A stretch of DNA of 64,000 nucleotides, taken from Mytilus californianus (lineage: Eukaryota). The notes under the pieces were generated by a model. That model was not told the origin of the DNA. It did no database searches and saw only the letters and a list, made by a program, of their open reading frames with translations. The DNA is taken from the NCBI RefSeq assembly GCF_021869535.1, contig NW_026262679.1, positions 95,914,001 to 95,978,000 on the forward strand, read 5' to 3'. The stretch's first letter is position 1. Each line of letters begins with the position of its first letter. Below, piece after piece: positions 45,736-59,990 of this stretch. The position numbers were made by a program, and so were the translations under genes.

Positions 45736-48700
45736 GGAAAACAAATGAATGTATGGATATGTTTGTTTTTATTTAATATTTTTAGATTATTAAACATCAT
45801 ATTATTTATTATTGAAGATTTACAAATCCAGAGTCTATATTAAGACATGGCATATAAAAAAAAAACCTTGGCAACGGCATAAATACCATCAATGCGCTTA
45901 CTATAAATGCGTTTATGCTTCATATCATATGCATTTGTTCGGGAACAAAATATGAAAAATGTTGAGTTTTTTCCCTTTGTACACATTCTCAAAATATTTC
46001 TATAAAGTATAGATAAAAATCATAAGTGAATAGATTGACATATTAACACTTTGGAATGTTTGTCTTTGCGAAAGACTATAATTACCTACAGGATTTGTTT
46101 ATGTCACAGTCTGGGTACCAGACAAGTTTTCGTTTTATTATCCATATATAATCAATTTACCTGTCTTGCAAGTATAGAGCAGCACAAAGATGAAGTAAAG
46201 ATGATTTTTAGAACTTGAAAAAAATATACAATTTTGATTCATTTAGACGTTTTCCCTTAATATAAATGACCTTTAATTGGAACTATGGACTGACATAAGC
46301 CTTATCACTTATTGAAGAGGATTTGTATTAGGCGAAAACTTCTAAAGGAATCTTCTTTTTAGTATTTAAAATCATATGTAACACCGGTTGTATCTTTAAA
46401 TTTCAGGTCTATATTGTTTTTCAATAAAAAAAGATGTAGGTATGAATGCAAACGAGACAAATATCCACCAAATACCGAAGGATGAGGACATAACCACTTA
46501 AAATCACCATACCTTCAACAATGAGCAAACCCTATATTGTATAGTAAGCAAAAGAGGAAGCAAATAGCCGGATTTAAAGTAGATTTTGCATACTTTTTTA
46601 ATGACCTTTAAATGGAGGTCTGATAGCAGTTGATATTTGCTCCCTTAAATTTTCACAAGAAAACAATAAATTCATAATGTCAATAAAAACAAAAATATAG
46701 CACTGCAAGTCCGACACTAACGTATATGTAAATATGATTTGCTGATTAAAACCATCGTCCTTGAACATGCATGAAATATTTGCCATTGGACGTTTGTTAA
46801 CCAACAACCAACCAATCTCATTAAAACCTTAACAACGATGTACTCTCAGTTTAGTCAACATATGTATAATGTATGCATAGATAATAATAAGAACAAATTA
46901 TACACATTTAGGTTATTTGTTTTCCCATCTCTTAAATGTAATATAGTAATTAAAGCTTTCTTATATGAATTACTAATGTTTCATAATAACAACAGGTTGT
47001 AATAGTATGAGCATAATGATATTTATTGAAAAATGTATAGTAACTGTTCAATCATTTTCATACACATACTCGAATCGTTATTTGGAATGCAAAGGTTTGA
47101 TCAATCAGATTGAAAACGAAAATTATAGCGAAGCGACAGAACTTTTTTTTATTTATTCTGCTTCTGTAACAGCATTTCTGTACCATAAATTCTGTCGAAG
47201 AATAACGATAATAATGGTAATGATAATAATAATAAAAAAACTAAGGTAGCAATGTTCCATTGATTAGTTATTGGTTGATAAAAAATTCCAATGATAAATC
47301 TTTATTAAATTGTTATTGGCTTAGAGAACAAATTAACAATTATATTATATATCCAATTAAGCAGGTTCTACAAAGTGAGCTGACCGAGATGAAAGGTGGC
47401 AACTTTAGACGGCTACGGAAAAATGAGGGTATGTTTGATAAAAATCAGAAATTTTGCTTGGAATATGCCACATACAGACCTTTCAAAGAGTTGTTGCAAA
47501 GGTTCTTTTACGCGCAGAGAACGCAACACTCTCCCAACACGAGGCATTGGATTTCGACTGGATGTTGCTGCGTATTTCATATATTTCTCACTGCCAAAAC
47601 GGAGGTCCCTCTTTAGAAGTTTTACAGGCTACACTATATGAATCTAAGTCAAGTGAACCCTGGGGGTCATTAGAAACAAAAGATTTGGTTGTTAACAATT
47701 TGGTCTGATTTTTAGTAATATACATTGAGGTCGATTGCAATGTGATCCCTGTTCTATAATGTTACATAATCATTACATAATACTTGAAGTTTTCTTTTAA
47801 AAAGCTGTATGCATTTCAAATTTAAACAAATTTATTGTCAAATGTCATGTATTGTAATAAAAGTTTAAAATAGAAGATCATACAAATGGGATTTAATCGA
47901 ATGTTCCTTTTATCTTGATTTGTAATAATTGCATTGGTGATAAATAGGTATGTGGAACCGAAGGGTTTTAGCAGAGTGAAATTGGATAAGGTAAAGTACA
48001 GAACTTTAATTCTTTAACCTTTACGCTGTTTCAATATGATTAATTTGCCAACATGACATCGTTGGTGTGGTAAATCATATGATTACCAAGTTAAATGTCC
48101 AAAAACACTACTGCTTTCAGTTGACGTAAAGAAACTTTGAAAACATTAATTTACAAATACACATTCAAATACTGACAAAACTGATACTAAACAAAAATGC
48201 CAATGCTACTCTCGTTTGCCTCGGAAAAATAATCTCGTTTGCTATATTACTCAAAATCAAATCTAAACTTGAACACTTGTTCTAATAAATAAAAACCTCG
48301 GAAAAGTTGGAAAGAAGTTGATCTGCAGTTGAATCGAGTCTAAATAAAACCTATCCATACGAACTGAAAAGAAAATAATGTTTAGAGTAAAAGAGTAGGC
48401 TCGTCTCGATATTAAAAATAAATAAATACAAGCACCAGCTTCCAAGTACATGTACATACCAACCATCACAAGTAAACGAAGTTATAGATATCCACAAGTC
48501 TCCATCCGGTTTTCAACGACGATAAAACGCCAACTCTGTTTGCAAAGTTTTAATGCCTGGGTCTAGATTGAAGGTCAAGCAACAAATCCGTTTGACAATG
48601 TATAAATCGTGCTGGGTCGCAAATATATGATGCAGAGAGAAAATTCTCACGTAACTAAAAAAAACATGAAGTGCCAGTGATTATACCACTGATGAGAATC

Positions 48701-49139
48701 CTGACTTTGATAATGCATGTTTAAATGTATGGTTTTGGTTCAAATATTTCTTGAAATATAGGAAAACAACTAGCCATTTAAAAACCTTGTTTTTAAATAT
48801 TGCTGCTGTTATATACCCTTTTCTTAAAATGACAGCAACAACCGAAGAATGGACTAAAGAATAGAAAGATGGTCGCCTGGACACACTCATCTGACAGTTA
48901 AACCAATACTCAAGGGAAAGGTGTCCTTTTGTGAATAGACATTTCCACTTAACATTAAAAAACCCGTGGAAACATTTTTTAAACGATCTGTAGATGGATT
49001 ATTACAAGGTTAAATATCTGCCACTATCTAACATGAAGTCTTTTCCATCTGGAAGCACATATAAAAGATTACTTATCACCTAAATATGAATGAAATATTT
49101 GGCACTGGACAAGCCAACAATTAAACAATCGATTAATTA

Positions 49140-49430
49140 TTTTACAGCGCAGTTCACCCAATCGTCTCTTAGTCTTGTTGTTTGTAGAAGTTTCGTTCGA
49201 TGCATAAAGATTGGCTTAAGTAAACGATTTTACTGCAATGAACATGATGCCATCTTTGTGGGACAAGACTTTTTGATAATTAGTTGGTTTACTAAAATGT
49301 CCGTAGAGATATTTCCATCTTTGTTATCTTTGATGTATGAAAAATGGATGTTCTGATCTTAGACATATAACGAGCAAAGTCATTTGACACTTTTGGTACG
49401 TTTAATGAAAGTAAGAAGGACATTATCAGT
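49140..49430 (-). mobile_element. Possible highly decayed canonical Penelope-type RT C-terminal fragment
   Basis: Minus strand DQNIHFS..IKDNKDGNISTDI, then with one frameshift SKPTN, resembling the Penelope HPxIKFT..ISTDxYxKPT region. Confidence 0.35.
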
Positions 49431-51264
49431 TTCATTTGACCTCTAGTCATTATCATGAGTCGGGATAATGTTCACAAGACAGATGTTAATCAGAGCCTTT
49501 CGTTTTCTTTCTAAATTCGTGTAGGACGGAATGAGGTCATACCGACAAAAGCTCCTGATTACCACTGACTTTTTTCGGGCTTTATTAAATGGCGTTTCCC
49601 GAGTTAATGGTTTTGCTGTTTTTCCCCATATTGATAAAAAAAAGAACCCTCTGCATTAGCCAGACGAACATGAGGGTGTCGTATTCTAGACAAAAAAAAC
49701 CCGAACAATTGTGGGGTAACAAAGATCATAAAGTATAAATAAAAGTGTTCCAACAACTGCCAAGTTTAACACCAGTTATAGAATAGTTGCAGAAATTTGT
49801 TTTATAATTTTTCATGAAATAATCTTTAATCTTACAATCGAATATTACATATTAACCACTAAGTTAAAAAAAACACACAACCTCTGATTTCATAAGGGAA
49901 TAGATTTTTGTTAATTCAATTTTAAACACTTGAAAAACATAATATAGAAAAATCTGGCTACTGCCAAGTTCCAATTTGTGTTAGTAGAAGACTCCAGTAA
50001 TACTACAGAGCACCGGTTTTTGCTTCCGATCGAGAGCAACTATCGTAGAAGGTTAATTAAAACTAACATGTCGTTTTAATTGAAATATATCGAATATACA
50101 TCATCCATTATAATTGCAGTCAGTGAATGGTTTTACGATTCTAAAGAAGAACATTTTGCAAAGTGTGCGATGGAAAGCTACAACTGATAACTCATTTGTA
50201 CTTGAATGAATTTATTACCACATAATGGTATTTTTATCTACTAATTATACGTGATTGGAAAATAAATGAAAGAGCTAGATGTATTAGTTGCACGAATACA
50301 GAACAATGAACATTCACTCCATCTCACTAAAGGAAAATAAAAAGCTGCACGATATATGTCCTATTATTTCCAGTACATAATTTAACAAATTTTATAATTA
50401 TAAATACAAAATGATTAATATCATCTACCATGTCTACAGGCAACCTACAAAAAAAATTGAAATAAATAAACTCCCAATGACTATCTATTTTATTTAGTTC
50501 TTCCTCATTTTTTGTAAGGACGTTCAAAATATCTGCCATTTATCCCTCAGCATTCATTAACACATTAGTCAAAACCATTTCACGCCATTAAGAATTCCTT
50601 CCAAACAATAACGACAAAACACTGACCTCATTATCCAATGTTCGTAACTACGAAAGATTTGTAGACTAAAACGTGGAGTAATTGGTTTAAATCAAAGTGA
50701 TATATATCTAAATAGTATGAAGTAATGCTAAAAATGATACATTAGGAAGTATATGACGGCAGTGTCGGGAAAACTGAAGTCATTAGTTTGGTTTTTAGGA
50801 CGTGACTAAGAAATGGCATTTGATGTATGTTATTTGTCGGATAACTAGGTATATACGCTTGTCTTGTTGCTTCTTCAACACCGAAAAATTCATGTGCAAG
50901 TTATATTTTAAAGTGGAGGTCTGCGGGATTGGTGATGAATAAACTTTTTGAAAAATCTTTAGTAATGAACCTTCGACAAAATAAACGAGTCTTTTTTCAA
51001 TTTTATAAACCCGACCTCAAAAGATCGTGGTACTAGTATGCGATGACCCCTCATCCGTTTGTGCTTCCTTTTTTCTACTACCACAATTATAATTAATGTG
51101 CTTTTCAAAAACAAGCCAACGGTGTCCTTATCGTGCCGAATTGTTCTATGCCAACTTATTGCAGAAGCTTCTTAAAAAGAACAAAAAGAAGCTTTTATCC
51201 TTTAAACTTACATTCCTCTTTATAGATCACATGCTCTCACTGAACAATTCAATTTGGTTTCTAT

Positions 51265-51860
51265 GTTAATGGTATCAATCCAATTGAGCTTGAAATAAAG
51301 GATATCACAAATACAGTTTAGTCTGATTCATATCTTGACTTTGTTTCTCTAAATACTAACAATGAGGGTCGGTTAAGAAATAAACTTTTCGAATGATGAT
51401 TCCAATTTTCACATTGCGAACTTTTCATTTTTGAGTAGCAACACTCCGTCAACGTCTGCATATTTCCAAGTTGATACGATAATCCAGTGCTTGCGTTTCC
51501 AATAATTATTTTTTTGATAGAGGGTTGCTGCCAACCATCAAGCCATTGACCAAGGGTTCCAAATGGTTACTTGAAGTCATACCTTTGAATACTTTAAAGG
51601 CGCCATCATGATTTTGTTCACTGTAATGAAATATATTTGTGTTACAGATGACCTAGGTGCCAATAAATGAACAGGAACTTGTTACCCCTCAGCAGCAAAC
51701 GAGTTTCCCCGGGTTTTTGGTGGTTCTTGTTGCCAAATTTGTAGTTTTCTGTGTAGCTTTTTGTTCACTTTTGTTTGTCTTTTCATTCTTTTTTTCTCAT
51801 TGCCAAACTGAAAGTTTTCTTTTCATTTGTTGTTTTTACTGTTTTCTTTGTAACTACTCC
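51265..51860 (+). mobile_element. Decayed Penelope-like RT C-terminus plus 3' tail
   Basis: PIELEIKDIT, SYLD, NEGRLRNKL, DDSNFHIANFSFLSSNTPS, then DRGLL and RHHDFV remnants. Same family as 3575-4440. Confidence 0.8.
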
Positions 51861-53053
51861 TTTTAAAGTAGTGGCCAACGCAATCTTTCAAAATTTATCC
51901 AAAATTCATAATAAAACAACATAAATAAAAGTTTCACTAGAGATTTTAGAGATATCGTAGAACATTCATACTCCATTCTTATCTGAAAACGTGTAGTTGT
52001 GTAGGCAGTTACCCCTGGGTATTTGTGATTCAAAAATCATCTCGTTTTAGTTGATCAAATATAAAACCGTTTGTCAGCAATCCTACGCATGTATTAAGCA
52101 CTACTTTCTAAGTATAAGCGAGTGATATATTAGTTTATTTAATACCCTAACACAATGACAGTAATTCAACATTGACAACTTAGTGGATGTTATATTAGAA
52201 GACTTACATTCCTCACACAGTATGAGAACATTAATGGAATGATACATAAGGGAACTCACCGTTCCCACGCTGTAACAGTTATCGAAAATTGTCAGATTAG
52301 CGAATATCGAAATATAAGGAACGTCGTCTTCACGGTATGACAGTAATGTAGCATTGAGAACCGGTGACACATTAATGAACTTATCATCCTTATACAAGAT
52401 TATGCAGTATTAGTAGTAACGTACAGTAGTTAAGCAAAGACATCAAAGCTGTTGATTCATTATCGATTGCTTAATTGGTTGGTGTTTGTCTAACGTCCAG
52501 TAGCAAATAGTTCATAAATATTCAGGATAGAGTCATTATATTAAACAAAATTAGGTTCTATAAAGTGGATCAACCCCAATAAAGAGTGGAAAATTTAGAC
52601 TGCCACTGAAAAAGAGGGTACTTAATATGTTAGATAACGAACAAACAAAAAAAATGCTTTGTAAAGGACCAATCCTCAAATGGTGTTAAACGAGTTCTTA
52701 ATGGTACATAGAGCGTAGCCCCTTTGTTGTGAAAGGTATAGAGGGTGTAACACTCTTCTAGCTTTTGGTGGGGTTCGTGTTGCTCAGTCTTTAGTTTTTT
52801 ATGTTGTGTTTTGTGTACTGTTGTTTGTCTGTTGGTCTCATTTTGTTTAGCCATGGCGTTGTCAGTTTATTTTCAACTTATGAGTTTGAATGTCCCTTTG
52901 GTATCTTTTGCATCTCTTTTTCTACATGAGACACTGGATCGCATCATCCAACTAGACCGGATGTAGCTACGTATATATACATCCCACACAGCTAAACGGT
53001 TTCCTCTCTTTTTCATGGGTTTTACTGTTGTAAAGTGACCGTATTCATATAAC

Positions 53054-53791
53054 CCAGTCAATCCTTGGAGTATCTACATAACAGAACCGACAGTCCAGCG
53101 AAATAACAGTCAATCATTGTGGTATCTACATAACAGAACAGACAGTCCAGCGATATACCAGTCAATCCTTAGGGTATCTACATAACAGAACAGACAGTCC
53201 AGCGAAATACCTGTCAATCCTTGTGGTATCTACATAACAGAAAGTCCAGCGAAATACCAGTCAATCCTTGGGGTATCTACAGAACAGAACAGACAGTCCA
53301 GCGCAATACCAGTCAACAGAACAGACAGTCAAGCGAAATACCAGTCAATCCTTGTGGTATCTACGGTACAGAACAGACAGCCCAGCGAAATACCAGTCAA
53401 TCCTTGGGGTATCTACATAACAGAACCGACAGTCCAGCGAAACAACAGTCAATCATTGTGGTATCTACATAACAGAACAGACAGTCCAGCGATATACCAG
53501 TCAATCCTTAGGGTATCTACATAACAGAACAGACAGTCCAGCGAAATACCTGTCAATCCTTGTGGTATCTACATAACAGAAAGTCCAGCGAAATACCAGT
53601 CAATCCTTGGGGTATCTACAGAACAAAACAGACAGTCCAGCGCAATACCAGTCAACAGAACAGACAGTCAAGCGAAATACCAGTCAATCCTTGTGGTATC
53701 TACGGTACAGAACAGACAGCCCAGCGAAATACCAGTCAATCCTTGGGGTATCTACATAACAGAACAGACAGTCCAGCGTAATAACAGTCAA
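53054..53791. repeat. 52-bp minisatellite organised as a 339-bp, 7-monomer higher-order repeat (x2.2)
   Basis: Monomers of 52, 52, 52, 47, 52, 32 and 52 bp (sum 339) from 53054, repeated in the same order from 53393. Confidence 0.95.
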
Positions 53792-54704
53792 AGAAAAGCA
53801 GCATCCGAATTAATAAAACATTACAGAACTTACATTTTAGTTCTCAATAGTCACAGTAAAAAAAACATTACCAATATTTAAATAGGGAAACTTCGTATCC
53901 CCCCACAGCTTTAGAGGTACATAGAGTGTTGACAAATGAGTGGAGCTGTAGCAGAGAACTAAAGGTCCTTACACAATGACTGTGATGCCACACTTAAAAC
54001 TTAGACGATGATATAATAGGGGATTTTCCTAACGCAGAGACAGAGCAGATCAAATAATATTTAAAACAAAATGGCTAATGTATGAACACGTATCATTTCG
54101 TAAGGCGGACCTTGTGACATGTACCTTTGCATTTACTTCTAGTGCATATTTTCATATCGGTCGATGTTTTTTCCCTCTTGACTGATGTTTCCAACAAGAG
54201 TGTACAAGTTTCATTATGTTTGATACTAAAACATTTATAATAATACACACAACATAAATGTACAAATGTTGCATAGTTCAATAACAAAGAGTGAATATTA
54301 TATATCTCCAAATCTGAACAAAGCTCTAACATATGAAAATAACATTTTATACATTTTGTACGGACGAAGCACTTTTCTGTATTAATCTTCGTTTGGAACG
54401 CTCAAACCCCTTAAATTTGAAAGCAAATGATGTATACAAACTTAACTTATATACGTGAGTAGCTAAATGACCAAGAGAATAGCCAAACCAACCTTAGGTC
54501 AACATGGCCTGGAGGATTTGGAACTCAGTTTCGTAATAATTTCTAATTTTATCAACAGAAAATTTAAGAATCTAAGCAGCACATTTCTAGAGATGAAATA
54601 ATACAAAAGACGTTACAAAATGTTAAGTATATGTAATGTTGACATACCTTTATTAAGTAAATCTGCATTAGCAATAATTATTATAAATATTATTTAAAAG
54701 TTGT

Positions 54705-54790
54705 CATTGGCGGATCCAGGATTTTTAACAGGGTGTAATTCCACACCACGAAAGAAAACCCACTCTCAACGCTACCTGATTCCGCCACTG
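54705..54790. mobile_element. Minimal 86-bp MITE
   Basis: TIR CATTGGCGGATCCAGG / CCTGATTCCGCCACTG (2 mismatches). GTTGT duplicated at 54700-54704 and 54791-54795. Confidence 0.8.
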
Positions 54791-55555
54791 GTTGTACATA
54801 TTACGTCTGTATGAAGTCGGCTTTACGTCACCGCAATAAAATATTTTTGCAAAATGAAAGTATTTCAATTTCTTTAATGGTATAATGGTCTTAATTACGT
54901 GTTAATATTCTCTTATATATTAGTAAAGGACGCTTCTGCAGACGTCTCTTTTAAAATACTTATAACTGAGCGAATGATAAATTGGAAACTTTCAATTCTG
55001 AAGTTGCGAAATTAATGAAACATTGTTTATTGAGCAGATGGTATAGTAGAAAACTAGCAAACCTCATGAAGTGACAGTTTGAATAACATTTACAAATAGG
55101 GTGGACAAACGGTCACCAGAGAGTGATAGAGTGAAATAGTGTGGGAACTGAGCGGGTGATACATGATTGAAAACCTTTCCATCACCGCGCAGGAACAGTA
55201 ATACAGCTAGTAATAACAACTGGACAGAAAAAACACAAGAGATCTTTGTCCTAAGGCAGGAACAGTAATAAGATATTGACAATTGAACAAATGATATATT
55301 AGAGAATTTGGTGTTGATGGCAGATCTTTGATTGTTTCTGTTTAATTAACATTTAGACTCTGGACAATTTAGAGCTGGGCATATTGTACGGACACCTGTC
55401 TATTGTTGAAGACTGTTTGTTGCCTTATGATTTTTTGTTTTGTTTATTTGTATCGCTAGGTTGCTGTCTCTTGGACGTATACCACACTTCTCCATTTTAT
55501 TATGTATATAAAATCTGAACAATAAATAATACTATTTAATGTCTGCGGTTATTAA

Positions 55556-57621
55556 AGGAGACATGACACGATTTTTTTTGTTTTTTTTTTATTATTAAAC
55601 TGATAAATATTAGTCTTAAAACATGTTTTGTACAATTTTGCTGGTCAAAACCTGATAAATCGGCATTGTTCTGGTCAAAGAATCCTTATGTATAAGATTA
55701 CACAATACAAAACATTTATTGGAGGCTGTTGTTTTAGTGATTAAATATTGACACCTATAGCATACTTGACCAGGTGAAAGGTAAGAAGGCACATGTAGTG
55801 TGATTTAGTCACGTGTTATGTTATTTGCCTTTTAAAACCATACATTTCTGAGAAAAACTATCTTATGTTGAAATAATTAATATAGTTATACTACACTTCT
55901 AAAGTATGCTATTCCAACCAGACCCTTATAAATCTAACTTCAAATTTAAGGAATTACACATAGTAAATTCAAATTCACTTATTTCCACCCCTCTCTTCCA
56001 AATATCATTTAGCAATCAATTTGTTTATTGCTAGCAGCAAAACGCTTGAGTCCAGGAAAATATTCGCAACACATAATGTTCTTTTTCAAAATATTTCTTC
56101 TAAAAGGGGTCATTTGAATAAATGTAAGATTTTCAATCGGACTGAGCAGGAAAATGTTTACATGTACATTTAACTTCAGTCTTCGAGAACATGAGTTGTG
56201 TATTACTGTAGCTGTACTTGGCTTTGATCTAGCTAACAGTATTTATGCGTTGTCTCTATTGTTTTAACATTAGTGGTTTCTCTACTTCGTACCGATCTTT
56301 TGCGTTATACTGGTTTTTATAGTTCTTATGTACTGCTGTAAGACCACTGTCACACGTTGGGAGGGGGAGGGGGTAGGCGCTCACAAACACATATACCACC
56401 GACACATTTTCTCGTTAAAATTGTTTCACATTTTCACGATGAGAACTTTTATAGCCGAATATACGGTATGGGGTTTTCTCATTATTGGAGACCGTACGGT
56501 GAACCTGAATCTTTACCACCTAAATGGTTGTCAATAATTATATTCGATGTTCAATATAATAAAATTGAGAATGGAAATAGGGAATGTGTCAGAAAAAGAA
56601 TGTAAAAGACTTATGATTCACATTCTCGTATCTTTTCCTTGTTTGCTTTTTATGCTTTTTGCCTAACAATTTCTTATGAAGTTATAGACTTGCAAGCATA
56701 CAAGAATATTACTTTTCCATCTCAAGAAGTCAATTAAATCTGTTATAAACCTTTTTATAACTGCATATTCTTAAAAGCAATAAAAATAAGAACTATATAC
56801 AGGTTGTCTATTAGTTATCAACACCGGTTAGGGTATTTAATTGGTGGTGCATAGGGTATTGTATGGTCGTACTACAGGTATTCATTAAACATATGATCAG
56901 GTAGTTGTGCCTGTATAATGTATTACTGTAACAATAATATATTCCAATCTCACCTGTGCCCTCGGCAAAAACCAACATCCAGGATGTACACAAAGAGCTT
57001 ATGAAGTAATATTGCGTAATAACTATATGTCTTATCAATCCCCCATGTGGAGTGACACCTGAAGTTTGCAACTTCAAACGAGACCTGAAATTGCGAAACT
57101 CAATCATCTGTACCGTACACCTGTGACCTATGATGAACTCATGGCATGGCACCCGAGACCAGAATTCTTGATTCCTTATGAAAGTGAGTGGAAAGAAGTG
57201 TAGTTTGGGCTTGATAAAAAGTCCCATCTTTACACCTTCTAAGTCTGCGTGTCATTCGAAAAACAGAAAATATCATGTCAATATTCTTTTTAATTATATT
57301 GTTGAATCCATCGGCATCACACATAATCATTGTTTATCACTGTCATGCGTTTTGTTGGATAATAATCGAAACTAAATTTGTGCTGTACCCATATGTCAAT
57401 ATGAATGAATGTAACCACTGACGTAGTAGCCTCGTTCTGAGTGACTTCCGGGATGGAAATATACATATTTGACAGGTCGATAAATTGTTGCATTAAAATC
57501 TCATTAAAATACATATTTTACCAAATAGTTGACACTTATATTGCTATCGATGTATTTTTGGGGAAAGTTAAGTATAAATAAACATTTTGAATCACAAATT
57601 GAAAATCGTGTCATGTCTCCT
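55556..57621 (-). mobile_element. Kolobok-like DNA transposon deletion derivative, 2066 bp
   Basis: Perfect 20-bp TIRs AGGAGACATGACACGATTTT / AAAATCGTGTCATGTCTCCT. TTAA TSD at 55552-55555 and 57622-57625. Contains a THAP-like remnant and a nested retroelement tail (~56170-56600). Confidence 0.88.
57133..57330 (-). pseudogene. Degenerate THAP DNA-binding domain (transposase N-terminus)
   Basis: MIMCDADGFNNIIKKNIDMIFSVF...LRR..GTF....TTLLSTHF..SRILVSGAMP aligns by eye to THAP MxxCxAxGCxN..F..FP..W..LCSxHF..RxLxxGAVP. The second and third Cys and the Trp are lost. Confidence 0.6.
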
Positions 57622-59569
57622 TTAAATTAATGTTTGATACACCAGAAACATCTGTTATCGCGTTTCATCGATTGTTGAGAAATAAGTCATCTTAGAAACA
57701 TATCGGACTTATTTAAGTGGTATAATTTTATTCTAGCATTGGTCAGCCACAGCTGCTTGTTCAATGTGTAAGTATAATCACGTCATGTCGATCAAGTAGA
57801 CAAGTAAAGTTACTGATGATAGAGAGTTTCATGACCATTATGTATGTTCCTTTTACACCTGCTCATTTATCCAAAAGAGTTAATCAAATATATTAGGTTT
57901 CGTATTTTCCAATGGAAAATATCATATAGACTATAACAGATTAGCACACTAATAGACAAAACTGTCCTTAAACTGTTTATACTAATATAAAAATTTAAAA
58001 TGATTTGATTAGATATAAGAAGATGTGGTATGAGTTCCAATGAGACAACTCTCCATCCAAGTCAAAATTTATAAAAGTAAACCATTATAGGTCACAGTAC
58101 GGTCTTCAACATATACTACATATACTTGAATGAGAATGGTCCGTTTGATTTTACTTCCTTGTTTCTACCATATTGCCAAAATTACTTTCGTGACATACCT
58201 AAACACTAAGTCTATTTCATTGTGATATATACATGCACGAAATTCATGAATGGAATACCCTGGGGTTCCAAGAAAGTTGAAATTGAAGGGGAAAAAACAA
58301 ACAAATGTTTTTATAGCTTATTACTGTGGACTTTTATTCAGTCTGTGAGCTAATCGGTATATTTTACAATAACCTCTAGAAAAAATGTGTTCAATCCTAT
58401 ACTTATACTGATTTCAATGATCAGATCATGTGTTTCAGTAGGATAAACGTCATCATCACTTGTTTCTAGGATAAACGTCATCGGTAATGATAGTATGCAA
58501 CACAGGAACACTCGATAATGTTTCTAATAATACCACAATACTGATTTCTATAATGTTTAAGAACAGTTTTGTTAAAATTTTTTTACATGTTTGGCTTCCG
58601 GAAAAAAAAAGAAAATGTTAACTGAAGGCACTATGGGATGTAAACTAAAACCGACGAATTTTTTCAAACTTTATCAATAAGTAGTCTATGTCGGGCTAAA
58701 TCAAAAGTTATAATGTTTATGAAGTCGTTTTTAATCTACAAAATATACAAAGTTCCCTAATTGTGTCTTAGTTATCCAGTTCAAACGAAAACCAAAATAT
58801 TAAATATACTTTAAAAAATATTCTAAGTTTATTAAGTACGTGACATCTGTACCCTAGACTTCCAATTGAATGCGAGCTCGCTGTTCTTAATCTGATGCTA
58901 ATGTTTTCTTCAACTTCTAATACTGGCTTTCATAGATTATGTGCAAGTAACAAGGTAATAAACCATTATGGAGTTTAAGGGCGAAAGCAAAAAGAAAAAG
59001 GTAAAAGATAACATTTGAATCATTAAATAAAGTATATGTTGCATGACACACAATCATTCTTGACCAAATAAATTCGTTATGCAATATCAAAGTTTCGTAA
59101 CACGATGATAACCAGTAATGTAGCCATGAAACACTCCATCATAAATACAATTCTTAATCTTTTTTCCAAAGAAATTTAATCCGAATAAGTTACAGAAAAC
59201 GATGACGGAAAAGATATTAAACCATGACAGAAAAGATATTATTTATTAGTTATATTAAAGAAATGACAAGTTGCAGCTTTAGAAGAATAAACCCGTAAGT
59301 CAATAAGAGGAATTTCTCTTCGGATTGAAAAGACGCATTCATCTTGCGTCTGGCTTTTGAAAAGATCTTTGTTGAAAATGAATAGAATGTCATATTTGTT
59401 TTACATTAAACCTAAAAATTAACAATATTGGATACTTAAACATGCTCCCAGTAAACTTGAAGCGACAAGGAAGCGTAATAAGATAACAATATTCTGACAT
59501 TTTGCTGAATGTTTAGCATTGCAACCTTAAAATTACCGGAGCATTTAGACGATCGCTTCTCACAGTTTC

Positions 59570-59990
59570 AAGAAAGAGAGATACTAAGGGGCAAATAAAA
59601 GTCAAGTCCAACTAAAAAACAACAGAGTGGAGAAAAAAACCACCTTAAAAACTGAACTAATGACCAAAAAAAACCAGTAGGAAAACTTTACAAAGTAAAC
59701 TAAAGATAGAGAAACACGAACTCCGTCAAAACAATAAGAGTTAACTCAAGTGCTTAGGAACAATAACCAGTTTCTGCTACTAGTGGCAACCGTCGTGGGT
59801 GGTACACATTGCAAGTAATAATCTGTGATAAGTCGCATTCATTAATGCCACAATCGAGGAAATGAGGATGGAATTGTGGTAACAACAAGTGGAACATGTT
59901 CCTGAACTTTTTGTAAACCCTCTGCCCTCTTTCTACGCTATACATTCTGAAATTTTACTCAGCAACCCCTGTAATCTCAGAGACACTCAT
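59570..59990 (-). mobile_element. Decayed Penelope-like 3' end
   Basis: CTGCTACTAGTGGCAACCGTCG and CACGAACTCCG tail motifs, as at 10200-10440 and 4100-4140. Confidence 0.6.

Noticed and set aside
47260-47708. Three overlapping plus-strand ORFs and a GAGG|GTATGT donor
   Set aside because: No identifiable domain, a weak acceptor and no consistent partner exon. Possibly a transposon relic.
53221-53881. Duplicated 73-83 aa ORFs
   Set aside because: Products of the 339-bp higher-order repeat.
56940-57203. Plus-strand protein-like frame (TRPEIAKLNHLYRTPVTYDELMAWHPRPEF) and the 138-aa minus ORF 56811..57227
   Set aside because: Neither has a recognisable motif and the plus frame contains a stop. 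The overlapping minus frame with THAP hallmarks inside a TTAA-flanked transposon explains the region better.
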